Assembly: GCA_965237415.1 (NCBI GenBank)
Contig: CBDEFM010000002.1
Coordinates: 2,976,001 to 3,040,000, forward strand
Length of the DNA stretch: 64,000 nucleotides
Origin: Alphaproteobacteria bacterium
GTDB taxonomy: Bacteria; Pseudomonadota; Alphaproteobacteria; UBA828
Direction of reading: 5' to 3'
In this document: positions 30,303 to 40,506 of the stretch, one piece after another
How the letters are laid out: every line of letters begins with the position of its first letter
Position numbering within the stretch: the stretch's first letter is position 1
Notes under the pieces: generated by a model
What the model was told of the DNA's origin: nothing
What the model saw: the letters and a program-made list of their open reading frames with translations, nothing else
The model's database searches: none
Made by a program: the position numbers and the translations under genes

Positions 30303-31457
30303 TTGGAAACGACGGGTTTGAGCGGAAGCGCCGGGTGCTTCGTCGGGCGCGTGTGGGCGCCCGGCGAGGGGCCGCTGGTCGTGGCGCTCCGGGACGATGC
30401 GCTCTACGACATCACTTCGCGCGCAGCACCCACCATGACGGATGTGCTGGAGCAGGATGACCCGGCCGCGTTCGTGAAGGGGCAAGCCGGCCGCTCCCTC
30501 GGCACCCTGGGCGATCTGGAAGCCGAGAGCATGGCGGCAGGGTCCGATCCGGGCCGGCGACATTTTCTGGCACCCAACGACCTTCAGGCGGTCAAGGCCT
30601 GCGGCGTCACCTTCGCCGGCTCCATGCTGGAACGGGTGATCGAAGAGCGCGCCGAAGGCGACACGACCCGGGCGCGCGCTATTCGCGAGCGCATCGGCGC
30701 GATGATCGGCGACCGTCTCGGCAACGTCCGGCCGGGCTCGGAGGAAGCCGCTCAGGTGAAGTCCGCCCTGATCGCGGAGGGCATCTGGTCCCAGTATCTC
30801 GAAGTCGGCATCGGCCCCTACGCCGAGGTGTTCTCCAAGGCGCAGCCGATGTCTGCGGTGGGGTGGGGAGCGCCGGTGGGCCTGCATCCGGACTCGAACT
30901 GGAACAACCCGGAGCCCGAGATCGTTCTGGCGGTAGCCAGCGATGGGCGAATCAAGGGCGCTGCGCTCGGGAACGACGTCAACCTGCGCGATTTCGAAGG
31001 GCGGTCTGCGCTTCTCTTGAGCAAGGCCAAGGACAACAACGCGTCCGCCGCGATCGGGCCGTTCATCCGCCTGTTCGACGAGAGCTATTCGCTGGACGAT
31101 GTCCGCCGCGCCGAGCTGACGCTCAAGGTCGAGGGGCGGGACGGCTTCGTCCTCGGCGGGACCTCGTCCATGGTTGAGATCAGCCGCGACCCGGAGGACC
31201 TCGTGGTGCAGACCTGCGGTGCGCATCACCAGTATCCCGACGGCTTCATGCTCTATCTGGGCACCCTCTTCGCGCCGACGGAGGACAGGGACGTGCCGGG
31301 CGAAGGCTTCACCCACAAGGCGGGCGATGTGGTCGCCATCTCCACGCCGGAACTCGGAGCCCTGGTGAACACCGTGCAGCGTGCGCCCGATTGCCGGCCG
31401 TGGGTCTTCGGCGCGCGGGCGCTGATGCGCTCTCTCGCCGAGCGTCAGCTGGTATGA
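30303..31457 (+). CDS. Fumarylacetoacetate hydrolase family (XylX-like keto-deoxy sugar acid dehydratase)
   Basis: DLQAVKACGVTF, EVGIGP.AEVFSKAQP, WNNPEPE, GNDVNLRDFEGRSALLL.KAKDNNAS; start approximate. Confidence 0.85.
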   Translation: METTGLSGSAGCFVGRVWAPGEGPLVVALRDDALYDITSRAAPTMTDVLEQDDPAAFVKGQAGRSLGTLGDLEAESMAAGSDPGRRHFLAPNDLQAVKACGVTFAGSMLERVIEERAEGDTTRARAIRERIGAMIGDRLGNVRPGSEEAAQVKSALIAEGIWSQYLEVGIGPYAEVFSKAQPMSAVGWGAPVGLHPDSNWNNPEPEIVLAVASDGRIKGAALGNDVNLRDFEGRSALLLSKAKDNNASAAIGPFIRLFDESYSLDDVRRAELTLKVEGRDGFVLGGTSSMVEISRDPEDLVVQTCGAHHQYPDGFMLYLGTLFAPTEDRDVPGEGFTHKAGDVVAISTPELGALVNTVQRAPDCRPWVFGARALMRSLAERQLV

Positions 31458-31483
31458 CCGGGTGGGCCGGCGCGTCAGGCGGC
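31392..31483 (+). repeat. 92-bp imperfect direct repeat, copy 1 (FAH 3' end + AKR 3' tip); partner at 32507-32598
   Basis: tgccggccgtgg..gcgctgatgcgctctctcgccgagcgtca..ggccggcgcgtcaggcggc present in both copies. Confidence 0.88.
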
Positions 31484-31487
31484 GGGT

Positions 31488-31541
31488 GAGGAGGAAGCAG
31501 TCGACTTCGGCGTGGCCGAGCAGGGCCTCGCAGACCTGCCA
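31488..31541 (-). pseudogene. 54-bp diverged copy of an internal AKR segment (32998-33051)
   Basis: Encodes WQVCEALLGHAEVDCFLL versus WQACEALLGHADFDCFLL; 49/54 identical. Confidence 0.8.
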
Positions 31542-31632
31542 GCGAATGTCGCCGATTGTCGTTGTCTCAGGGGCGACGGCCCGATTCTCGGCTGTCCTTG
31601 CCAAATTTTGTCAATGCCGTTAGCGTCGCACC

Positions 31633-31872
31633 ATGAGCACGATGAACGTATCGCTGCCCGAAGCCCTAAAGGACTTCGTGGAGGATCAGGTCAGCGCGCG
31701 CGGTTACAGCACGTCAAGCGAGTACGTCCGCGAACTGATTCGCAAGGATCAGGATCGGCAGCGCTTGCGCGGCCTGCTTCTCGAAGGGGCGGCATCGTCG
31801 CAAGCGGCCACGGCCGATGCGGACTACTTTGACCGGCTCCGAGATCGGGTCCTCGAAGCCGGCCGGCGGTGA
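31633..31872 (+). CDS. parD: ParD-family RHH antitoxin
   Basis: MNVSLPEALKDFV..QV..RGYSTSSEYVRELIR. Confidence 0.9.
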   Translation: MSTMNVSLPEALKDFVEDQVSARGYSTSSEYVRELIRKDQDRQRLRGLLLEGAASSQAATADADYFDRLRDRVLEAGRR

Positions 31873-32174
31873 GGGGCAAGCCGGTCGTCCTTCGCGAGCG
31901 GGCGCGGCGCGATATCGATGAGGCGATCGAGCACTATCTGTCGGGGGCGGAACCGGCGGTTGCGCTCGACCTTGTCGACGCGCTGGAAGACGCCCTCCGG
32001 CAGATTGGCCAACGGCCGGCGAGCGGCTCGCCCCGCCATGCGCATGAGCTGGATATTCCCGGCCTGCGCTTCCAATCGGTCGGAAGGTTTCCGTACCTGG
32101 TCTTCTATGCGGAGAGGGAAGCGGACATCGATGTCTGGCGCGTCCTGCATGGCGCGCGAGAGATCCCGGTCTAG
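31869..32174 (+). CDS. parE: ParE/RelE-family toxin
   Basis: ARRDIDEAIEHY, PASGS, FPYLVFY, VWRVLHGAR; GTGA overlap with parD. Confidence 0.9.
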   Translation: MRGKPVVLRERARRDIDEAIEHYLSGAEPAVALDLVDALEDALRQIGQRPASGSPRHAHELDIPGLRFQSVGRFPYLVFYAEREADIDVWRVLHGAREIPV

Positions 32175-32506
32175 CCCGCACTTCTCACCAAGGTCACGGC
32201 CTGCGTCGCACCCAGGCGTTCGATCCGCCAGGAGCGGGCCGAAAAGCGTATCAGGAAATACGGTTGAGGCCCGCATCGTGCGCTCCGCGCGCGTGGACGC
32301 GCGACGCGGGCGGGCGCCTGGGCGCGACCCGACGGGCGGCGCTGTCCGGCCGACAGCGTGCGTCGAAGCGCTTGCCCGATGTCCCCGCATCGCGCTGCGC
32401 GCCTCTCCTACTCTGTCGGCCGGACAGCGCCGCGCAGACCATGAACTTGGTGAGAAATGCGGGCCAGATGCGGCAGCCGCACGAGGAGTGATCCGGGAGG
32501 CGCGGG

Positions 32507-32598
32507 TGCCGGCCGTGGATCTTCGGTGCGAGGGCGCTGATGCGCTCTCTCGCCGAGCGTCAATTGGTTTGAGCGAGGCGGCCGGCGCGTCAGGCGGC
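32507..32598 (+). repeat. 92-bp imperfect direct repeat, copy 2
   Basis: Matches 31392-31483. Confidence 0.88.
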
Positions 32599-33627
32599 CG
32601 GCACCGGCGCATCGTCACGCAACAGATGCGCCTCCTTCAGGCCCGCCCAGAGCGCAGGCGGGATGGTCTCTTCCAGCAAGGCCACGTTCTGGCGCACCTC
32701 GCGCTCTGCCATGGCGCCGGGAATGACGCTCTTGACGGCGGGGTGCGCGAGGACGAACTGCAGCGCCGCCGCCGGCAGCGTCACGCCGTGGTCCCGGCAC
32801 GCGCTCTCGATCCTGCGCACGCGCTCCATGATGTCCGGCGGCGCAGGCTTATAGTTGAAGCGTGCCCCCTCGACCGCCCCGGTCGCGAGAATGCCGGAAT
32901 TGTAAGGCCCGCCCAGGATGATCCCGACATCGCGCGCCACGCACGTGGGCAGGAATGAGGTGAGCGCCTCCTGCTCGATCAGGGTGTAGCGGCCGGCGAG
33001 GAGGAAGCAGTCGAAATCCGCGTGGCCGAGCAGCGCCTCGCAGGCCTGCCACTCATTCACGCCCGCGCCGAAGGCGGCGATGCGGCCCGCGGCCTTGAGC
33101 TCCTCGAGCGCGCGGTATCCGCCGCGATCGAAGAGCTCGCGCACCTTCTCGTCCGCGGCCGCCTGGCTGCCGTGCGTCCACACGTCGACATCGTGGATCA
33201 GGAGGATGTCGATGGCCTCGACCCCGAGCCGTTCGAGGCTCGCGTCGTGGCTGCGCATCACGCCTTCGTAGGTGTAGTCGAACACCACCTGCTTCTCGGG
33301 CGCGTCGACGAAGAGCCCCTTCGTCGTCTCGTCCACCGGGCCATCGACCAGGAGCCGGCCGATCTTGGTGGAGAGCACGATGGTCTCGCGGCCGAAACTC
33401 TCGATGGCGGTGCCGAAGCGCTCTTCGGAACGCCCGAGTCCGTAGTAGGGCGCGGTATCGAAGAGGCGGACGCCGCAGGCGTGAGCCGCGCGCAGCGTCG
33501 CTTGCGCGTCCTCCTCTGAAATCTTGCGGTAGAGATTGCCCAGAGGCGCGCCGCCGAAGCCGAGCCGGGTCACGTCGAGGGGGCGGGCCGTGCGCCCGCT
33601 CAGATTTGCCGTATCGGCTGCTCTCAC
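32590..33627 (-). CDS. Aldo/keto reductase (D-threo-aldose dehydrogenase-like)
   Basis: LGFGGAPLGNL, FDTAPYYG, LSTKIGR, LIHD, LAGRYTL, GPYNSGIL. Confidence 0.9.
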   Translation of the reverse strand: MRAADTANLSGRTARPLDVTRLGFGGAPLGNLYRKISEEDAQATLRAAHACGVRLFDTAPYYGLGRSEERFGTAIESFGRETIVLSTKIGRLLVDGPVDETTKGLFVDAPEKQVVFDYTYEGVMRSHDASLERLGVEAIDILLIHDVDVWTHGSQAAADEKVRELFDRGGYRALEELKAAGRIAAFGAGVNEWQACEALLGHADFDCFLLAGRYTLIEQEALTSFLPTCVARDVGIILGGPYNSGILATGAVEGARFNYKPAPPDIMERVRRIESACRDHGVTLPAAALQFVLAHPAVKSVIPGAMAEREVRQNVALLEETIPPALWAGLKEAHLLRDDAPVPAA

Positions 33628-34591
33628 CGGCGCATCCTCCTGCCGCTATCGCTGTTGCTGTCGAAGCGCCTGGCTCCGATGCCTTGCCACCCCATGGTCT
33701 GGACGAAGTCTACCCGATGGAACGGCAGACCATGAAGAATGCCGACCATGCGACGCACCCTCCCTGCGGTCCGAGGGCGGCGCGGGCATCCTCTGCCGCT
33801 GGCCCGGTCGGCTTCCGCCGTGTGCCTGAGACGTCTTTGGCTAATACGCAAGATCCGGGTGGAGTGGCGACCCTTGACTCATAATCTGCACCAAATAACC
33901 ATAACCAATTGGATATACTTACTCTCAGAGATGCAAGCGCATAACATGCATAAATCTATAAGATTTCAGTATGTATTATTTCCGAAAAGGCATTTTTTAT
34001 AGTGAACATGAGGTGGTATTCAATTCGCTTGGAAGTGAAGATATCGGACATCTTCAACCGAATGAGAGAGCGGAGAAGAGTTGTGCACGGGGCGCATCTC
34101 GCAAGGCGGAGGACGGCACCCGGGCTCGCCCTCTGCGCGAGCGACACCGCCCGCCCCGCCTGCCTTTCACGCATTCCGACGACGACCCGGTGAACACCGT
34201 CCAGCGCAGCACCCGTGCGCCACGGTGCTTTCAAGAACAACTTTTACGTTAATGAAGAGGCCTCGTGTCGGGAGGCCTCGTTTGTGGACTGCAGCGCCGA
34301 GTTTACCAAGATGACCCCAGCAGTGTCCATAGTCATCGTGTCACCTTAACAACATGCCCGAGGTGGCCCAGGCAACCGACGACGTTCCGAAACCTTTAGC
34401 GGCGATTTGCGCCGCCGTCAAGCCATGGATGCGGCATCCCGTAGCCGCCCGGCATCCGGCAGGCAAGCACGCCACGAGCCGGCAGCCGATGCAAGCGCGG
34501 AATCGCGCCCGGCATCAAGGCTTTCCGCAGGGTGAGCCCGCCGGCATCGAGGCGGCGCAGACCAGGCCGTCACCCTGGCGGGAAAGGCCGG

Positions 34592-35025
34592 CTAGGCCCG
34601 CGCGTCGGCGTTCGCTTCGGCCGTATGGTGCGTTTGGGGGGCGGTGTTTGCCGGGAAGATATCTCTTGCGATATCGTTTGCGACGCGCGTTGCGGCGTCT
34701 TTGACGGAGTCTCTGGTGAGGTGGGTGTAGCGGGCGGTTGTCTGGATCTGGGCGTGGCCGAGGAGTTTTGCGATCACCGGCAGGCTCTCGCCGAGCGCGA
34801 GGGCGCGTGAGGCATAGCTGTGGCGGAGGTCGTGGATGCGCACGTCGTCGAGGCAGGCGCGGGCGCGCACGCGGCTCCACGGCTCGAAGATGCTGGAGAG
34901 CCGCTGCCCTGGCCTGGTGCCGGGGATGACCCAGGGGTTGCCGGGGACCTTAGGGATGGCGGCCAGAACGTCCGCCGCCTCGACAGAGAGCGAGATCGTG
35001 CGGGGGCCGGTCTTGCTGTCGCTAA
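34592..35025 (-). pseudogene. C-terminal fragment of a phage-type tyrosine integrase
   Basis: DSKTG, RIHDLRHSYAS, LLGH, TTARYTH; N-terminus replaced by AT-rich DNA. Confidence 0.85.
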
Positions 35026-35396
35026 GATAGAAAAGCACCAGAACCTACTGTAAAATATCAGTTATCTGGTTTTCGTCTCCAATGTGTAATCAAAACGAAT
35101 GCGGATTTTCTCAATGTGGTGACCGTCTGTGTTCGCGATTGGCTCCTGTTGGCAAGTAATGGTTCCGCCAGGCCGTGGAATCGTCCGACCAGCGAGCGGG
35201 GCCGGCGCGTGAAACCGACCGATCTGCTGCCTCAGACGCCATGTTCTGCCCTCACCAGAGCGAACCTCCACGGCCTGGAGGTGCCATTACATTCCGGCCT
35301 CCCCTGAACGCAGGCCGTCGCCATCGAGGACCGGAAAGACATGCTTGGTCGTCACTTCTCCGTGACGCCAAGCGCCAACGAGGCCTCGTTGCCTCG

Positions 35397-37631
35397 TTAT
35401 TGGGGCGAGTGCGACGCGGTGGGCAGCACTCTAGCCCGATACTCCAGGATCGTGTCGATGAGATATCTGTCCAGTTCCACGGTCAGCTCGAGATCGTCCC
35501 GTTCCAGCGATCGGCGGGCAGACGGCGTCATCAGCACGGTTCGGCAAGGCTCAACAGCCAGGACAGCCATCTCGGCCGTATGATCTCCGAAGGCAGCCTC
35601 GGTTGCCAATACATCGCCGGGTCCGTACTCGTCCATTCGCGCCCCGGCGTCCTCCTCGCGCGCCATGGCCCGGCCCTGGGTCAGAAACTGCATCCCCTCC
35701 TGGCTCTCGCCCCGCGCCACGATGGTCTCGCCAGCCTCATACGCGCGACTCCGTAGCCAAGGCCTGAGCCGCTCCATCAACGCCTCGAAACCAGCCTGCC
35801 TCTCTACTTCACGCACCGCGTGGTCGATGGAAAGGCCGAACAAGGCGTCCCTCGCGTCGTCCGACCCGGCGCTCAGCCGATCCCACTCGGCGATGACGAG
35901 GTCCTCACACCGCTCCAGGCCGCGGTCGAGGTCCTCTTCCAGGATCAGACTGCGCCACTCGCCCTCGGGCAGGCCGCGCTGCAGGATCGAACGGACATGC
36001 TCCGCCACTGCGCTCAGGACAATGTGCGTGCCCTGGGCGCGCGCCGCCCGGACGGAGCGGAAAATGACGTTCGCGGCCGAAACATCGAAGCCGGAGACCG
36101 CGGCGAAATCCAGCAGTAGGCACAGCGGGGCCGGGTCGGCACCGAGGGCCTGCTTGAGGTGAGTCCCCATGGGTGAGGCGTTGCCGAAGATGATGTAGCC
36201 ACGCAGCCTGTAGGCGCGTACCCGTTCGCCGTGGTGCCGAAGAATCGCGCGGTGGGTGGCGGAGCGTGCTCTCTTGCTCTGACGATCGCGGGCCGTGAAC
36301 GAGGCGCCGATCACATCCACCCCGCTGAAACGCACCACGAAGAAGATCACCGCCGCCACCAGCCCCACAGCCACACCTTCCAGAAACCCGAAGACGCCGA
36401 TGACAATGGAGACGACAAGGACGATGCCGTAGTCCGTCCAAGGCAGTGTCTTGCGGCTTGCCACCAGCCAGTCGTTCAGCAGGCCGAGCCCGAGGAAGAG
36501 CACCAGACCGCCGAGCAGCGGCTTTGGCAGTATCACCAGCACGTCGCCGCCGAAAAACAGCACCACGCCCAACGCGAAAGCCATAACGACCCCGGTGAGG
36601 CGCGTTTCGGCGCCGGTCACATGGCTCACCAGAGACATGACGGCCGTGTTGCAGCCGGGGGCGCTTCCGCCCAGGCCGCCAACCAGGTTGGCAACGCCCT
36701 CGACCCGAAACTCCTTGTTCATGTCGAGCTCCGCGCCACTGCCCAGTTCCAGTGCGCCCGCGTTCAGCACGAAGCACATCAAGGCAATGAGGGTCACACC
36801 CAGGATGCCTGGGAACTGGGACGCCACGACACCCCAATTCACATGATCGAAGTCGCCAAGTTGAACGGGTGGCCAGGAGGCATCCGCCGGCAGGCCGACG
36901 AACAGAATGCCGGCCGCGCTGGCCTCTTCCACGGAAATTCCGAGCAAGATAAGCACCGCGTGACACAGTCCGACGGCGAGCACCACCGATGCCGGCAGGA
37001 CGAGATAGTGGGGCCTTAGCTTCGTGACCACCAGCAGCGCGAGGGCAAAGGCTAGGCTGGGTCCCCACCTCCAGACCGTGTCGGACTCGAGCAGTTCGGG
37101 AAGCGTCTCCCAATTCAGCGTGATTCCGCACGTGATGGAGACACTGCTCAGGACCAGGAACCAACCCAATCCCGCGAGAAATCCACCCATCAGGGGATAG
37201 GGAATGAAACGGGACAGGTTGGCCAAGCGGAACCACCCGACGAGCCCGAACAAGAGCGCGGTCGTCAGGGCCGAGAGTGCGATGATCACAACCATGGTCG
37301 CGAACACCGCCTCTTGCGGCGCTGCCGTCATGCTCGCCGCCACCCCGCCCCCCACCCCGAACAGCGCCGCCGCCGGCGCGAAGTGGGGTACGGATATGGT
37401 GCCCTTGTAGGTGCCCGATAGAGCGACGATCAGGCACATGGCGAATGCGCCGAAGAGTATCGCTCCCGTACCCTGGCTGACGAAGGGGGCCAAGGGGCCT
37501 GAGAATATGATGGCGGCGACAGAGGTCTGAACGACCACCATCAGCACGGCGATCACAAGGCCGGTGGAGAGCGCGGCCGGGAGCTTGGCCGACGCGGCGT
37601 CGGCGCGCAGCTCCGACGCGAGTCCAAGCAC
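35397..37631 (-). CDS. SulP-family anion transporter with STAS and cyclic-nucleotide-binding domains
   Basis: RFIPYPLMGGFLAG, multiple TM segments, LRGYIIFG..LDFAAVSGFDVSA (STAS), DLDRGLERCE, YEAGETIV..G / GPGDVL (cNMP). Confidence 0.88.
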   Translation of the reverse strand: MLGLASELRADAASAKLPAALSTGLVIAVLMVVVQTSVAAIIFSGPLAPFVSQGTGAILFGAFAMCLIVALSGTYKGTISVPHFAPAAALFGVGGGVAASMTAAPQEAVFATMVVIIALSALTTALLFGLVGWFRLANLSRFIPYPLMGGFLAGLGWFLVLSSVSITCGITLNWETLPELLESDTVWRWGPSLAFALALLVVTKLRPHYLVLPASVVLAVGLCHAVLILLGISVEEASAAGILFVGLPADASWPPVQLGDFDHVNWGVVASQFPGILGVTLIALMCFVLNAGALELGSGAELDMNKEFRVEGVANLVGGLGGSAPGCNTAVMSLVSHVTGAETRLTGVVMAFALGVVLFFGGDVLVILPKPLLGGLVLFLGLGLLNDWLVASRKTLPWTDYGIVLVVSIVIGVFGFLEGVAVGLVAAVIFFVVRFSGVDVIGASFTARDRQSKRARSATHRAILRHHGERVRAYRLRGYIIFGNASPMGTHLKQALGADPAPLCLLLDFAAVSGFDVSAANVIFRSVRAARAQGTHIVLSAVAEHVRSILQRGLPEGEWRSLILEEDLDRGLERCEDLVIAEWDRLSAGSDDARDALFGLSIDHAVREVERQAGFEALMERLRPWLRSRAYEAGETIVARGESQEGMQFLTQGRAMAREEDAGARMDEYGPGDVLATEAAFGDHTAEMAVLAVEPCRTVLMTPSARRSLERDDLELTVELDRYLIDTILEYRARVLPTASHSPQ

Positions 37632-37716
37632 TATGGACGCCGGCGTCTCCGCTATGCCGCCGAAGCGAATAACCGTCGCCCTCCAAACCTAAGGGCGGCG
37701 GTTGGTCCGTCTCCGG

Positions 37717-38091
37717 CTATTTCCGTTCGCCGATGATGCGTCCTGCGATACGAAACATCGCCGCTCCCGTCGGCGCGCCGCAATAGGCGCTGATATGAAT
37801 CAGTGTTTCCTTGAGCTCCTCAGCGGATACGCCGTTGTCGAGCGCATGCGTGAGGTGCAACTCGAACTCGCGATCCCGCTTGAGCGCCGCGAGCATGGAG
37901 AGACTGATGAGCACGCGCTGCTTCCGGCTCAAACCGGGGCGACCCCAGACCGCACCCCAGAAGTGCTCGTTGACGATATCATGGTATTCCCGGCTGAAGT
38001 CGTCGGCGCTCTGCTCGTCAACGTAGTCCGCGCCGATCACCTCGCGGCGGATCTGAAGTCCTTTTTCGTATGTTTCGTTCGACATCGTCAT
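37717..38091 (-). CDS. Carboxymuconolactone decarboxylase family protein
   Basis: GLQIRREVIGADYV, WGAVWGRPGL, ALDNGVS.EEL.E.LIH...YCGAP. Confidence 0.9.
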   Translation of the reverse strand: MTMSNETYEKGLQIRREVIGADYVDEQSADDFSREYHDIVNEHFWGAVWGRPGLSRKQRVLISLSMLAALKRDREFELHLTHALDNGVSAEELKETLIHISAYCGAPTGAAMFRIAGRIIGERK

Positions 38092-38579
38092 GATCCCCCT
38101 GTCCTTGTCCAGCGCTTCCTCGCTGCCACACGAAGTATGGAGACCGCTCGCTTCGAGGGCAACCATCGCACGTCACGATTGGCGGTGAGCGTGCTGCATG
38201 CGGCGACGATCTTGAGGGACAAAGACGGTGCACCTTCTGCGCAGCGGCAGACAGGTTGCACTCGGGGGTATCCTGCTGGCGAGCTTCGGCCGAGGCGGTA
38301 CTGCGGTCCCCTCCACCACGGCCCCACGGAACCTTTACGTTGGCAATGACCGCCAGAATCCGAATCGGTGCCCCTTCGCAACGATGCGGCGGCACCGGGA
38401 GGCCGTCTCCGGGTCCGGCGGACGCGTCCCCATGCCGCCCGCCGCGGCCGGGTCGGTGGCGTGCTGTTGTCGGTCCCATCCGGGCGCCACCGAACCGATG
38501 CCGTCGGGTCGCACGTCGAACGCTCGCGCGCCGACCGCGATTTCAGCCGGCGACCTGATGGTCACATCATGTCTGAATT

Positions 38580-39593
38580 TCACCAATCGAGCCGGCCTTC
38601 CGAATACAGCCAGGGCGAGGTCCTGCGGTCGTGCCGGTCGGTCCGGTCGGCGGTAATCGCGTTCGACAGCTCGTCGTCGATACATCCCTTCGCGGTTTGC
38701 ATGGCATCCAGAATGGAGCGGCGCCGGTCGATGTCGCGTTCCCAGAGAAGGGCCTCTTTCGATTTGAGCACAGCAGCGCGCTCGGCCATGACCTTCGGAT
38801 GCGTGTGTAGCCATCGCAGAAAGGCAATGGCATCGGGTGTGTCGCGCCACAGCTTGCCGCATTGCTCCGCGTACTCTTTCGCGAGTTCGGGCTCGGCAAA
38901 ATTCGAGCCATGCCAGATGCCGACCGGCATGGGGTCGGGATTTCCGCAGAGGATTTCCGGGACGTAGACATTCTCCACGAACCCGCGCCTGAGGCTGGTT
39001 GCCGCCGCCGCGTGCTGGCTCTGCCGGAACTGCAGCAGCGCCAACTCGTACCAGTAAGGCGGATACTCGGCCGCCTCCGTCTCGAACAAGGACCGGGCCC
39101 GCTCTTCCTGACCGGTGCGCAGGTATTCCGAGCCGATGATGTAGCGGATGCCCTGATTGTCATCGGGGTTCCATGCCAGCACCCTTTCCATGATCGCGAT
39201 TGCCTCCGGGGCGTTGCCCAGTCGCAGATGGCAAAGGGCTGCCCCGTGAGCGGCGCGAAGAAAGGGGCGGTTCTCCAGAAATTTCCATTCGATGAATTCC
39301 TGGAAGTCCGGCGGAAGGAGGCCCGTCCCCAGTGAATAGCCCCGCATGCAGGACTCCAGTGCGGGTTTGAACGTTCCCCGGTCGTACAGAGCGTTTCCAA
39401 GATGCGCATGGCCGTCGATGAACCAGGGATGGCGTTCGACCAGCTCTTCCAGCGCCCTGACATACCAGGGTGTGGAAGGCCGTCCGGCGCCGCGCCGGTC
39501 CAGGAGATCGTCGAGCTCCTCGACAATGGCGTCATACCCCGGTGGATATTGGAAGACGGCGACGTCTTCGTGCATTTCAAGGGTAATCTTCAT
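38580..39593 (-). CDS. TPR-repeat hypothetical protein
   Basis: DGHAHLG, ENRPFLRA, WNPDDNQGIRY helical repeats. Confidence 0.7.
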   Translation of the reverse strand: MKITLEMHEDVAVFQYPPGYDAIVEELDDLLDRRGAGRPSTPWYVRALEELVERHPWFIDGHAHLGNALYDRGTFKPALESCMRGYSLGTGLLPPDFQEFIEWKFLENRPFLRAAHGAALCHLRLGNAPEAIAIMERVLAWNPDDNQGIRYIIGSEYLRTGQEERARSLFETEAAEYPPYWYELALLQFRQSQHAAAATSLRRGFVENVYVPEILCGNPDPMPVGIWHGSNFAEPELAKEYAEQCGKLWRDTPDAIAFLRWLHTHPKVMAERAAVLKSKEALLWERDIDRRRSILDAMQTAKGCIDDELSNAITADRTDRHDRRTSPWLYSEGRLDW

Positions 39594-39844
39594 TCCCTGT
39601 CCTCGCCGGGTTCCGCCCGGAGTCTCGGCTCCGGCTCCAGCGGCCCGGTCGCCGGATTGGCGAGGTCCCTGCACAGTTTCACGAAGCGTCTTTCGGCATT
39701 CTCCATCATGCGAGTTGGATGGCGCAATCGGGAAAGGCCGTCAACGCAGGCAGGTCAGAAAAGCTGACGGGAACTTGTGTCGATGCAGCGAACGGGGTCA
39801 GCTTCCCGCCCGGCGTCCACGTATATCTGGCCGTGAACAGCGAA

Positions 39845-39903
39845 TGCGGACCTTCCGGCCAATAACCGGAGGTGCACAGGTCAAAGTCCTGCCTCCGCAC
39901 CCA
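39845..39903 (+). ncRNA. tRNA-like element lacking a D-arm (tRNA-Met-like 3' half, CCA end); pseudo-tRNA or att remnant
   Basis: tgcgga/tccgca acceptor stem, tccgg-ccaataa-ccgga anticodon arm, cagg-tcaaagt-cctg T-like arm, terminal CCA. Confidence 0.5.
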
Positions 39904-39909
39904 TATATT

Positions 39910-39941
39910 CCCCGTTATCCCAACAGGATAGCGGGGTTTTT
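39910..39941 (+). terminator. Rho-independent terminator
   Basis: ccccgttatcc-caaca-ggatagcgggg-ttttt. Confidence 0.8.
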
Positions 39942-40506
39942 CATTTTCCGTGCCCGATATCATTGCTTAGCCGTAAGGATACAGTAAGCGGAGTCAATGC
40001 AACGTGGGGCGGGGCTGTGACCGCGCGTGGCAACGTCGCCCGCGGAATATTCCAGCGTTCACACGCATGGCGCCGCATGGCCGGCCCAGCGCCAGATTCA
40101 CAGCCTGAGGGTGAGATGATGGATCGGGGCGGGTGGATGTGGACATGGCGAGGTTTTCTTGCAGCAGGCACGGGCAATAACTGGCGGGGGTAAGAGGGAC
40201 TCGAAGAGGCTTTGACGCGGACGTGGTGCTCGGCGAATCGAAACATTCTTGGCCGGTCCTGCGTGTGTGCGGTGCGCAGGTATGGCAACGTGGGGTGTCG
40301 AGCGGCGAAGCGGGGCGAGTGCGGCCAAGAGTGGGATCATCGGCAGCGTTTACTCTGCAATTGGGGCGAATGGGCGAATACGGGACTTTGGGGTCGCACC
40401 CTGAAGGTGTTAGTCGGAAACTGCGGCCTTGCGAATGTCCTCCACAAGGCCGGTTACACCGGATGCTTGCGTGTCGCCCACTCGCAGCGCCAGCCGGAGC
40501 CAGATC

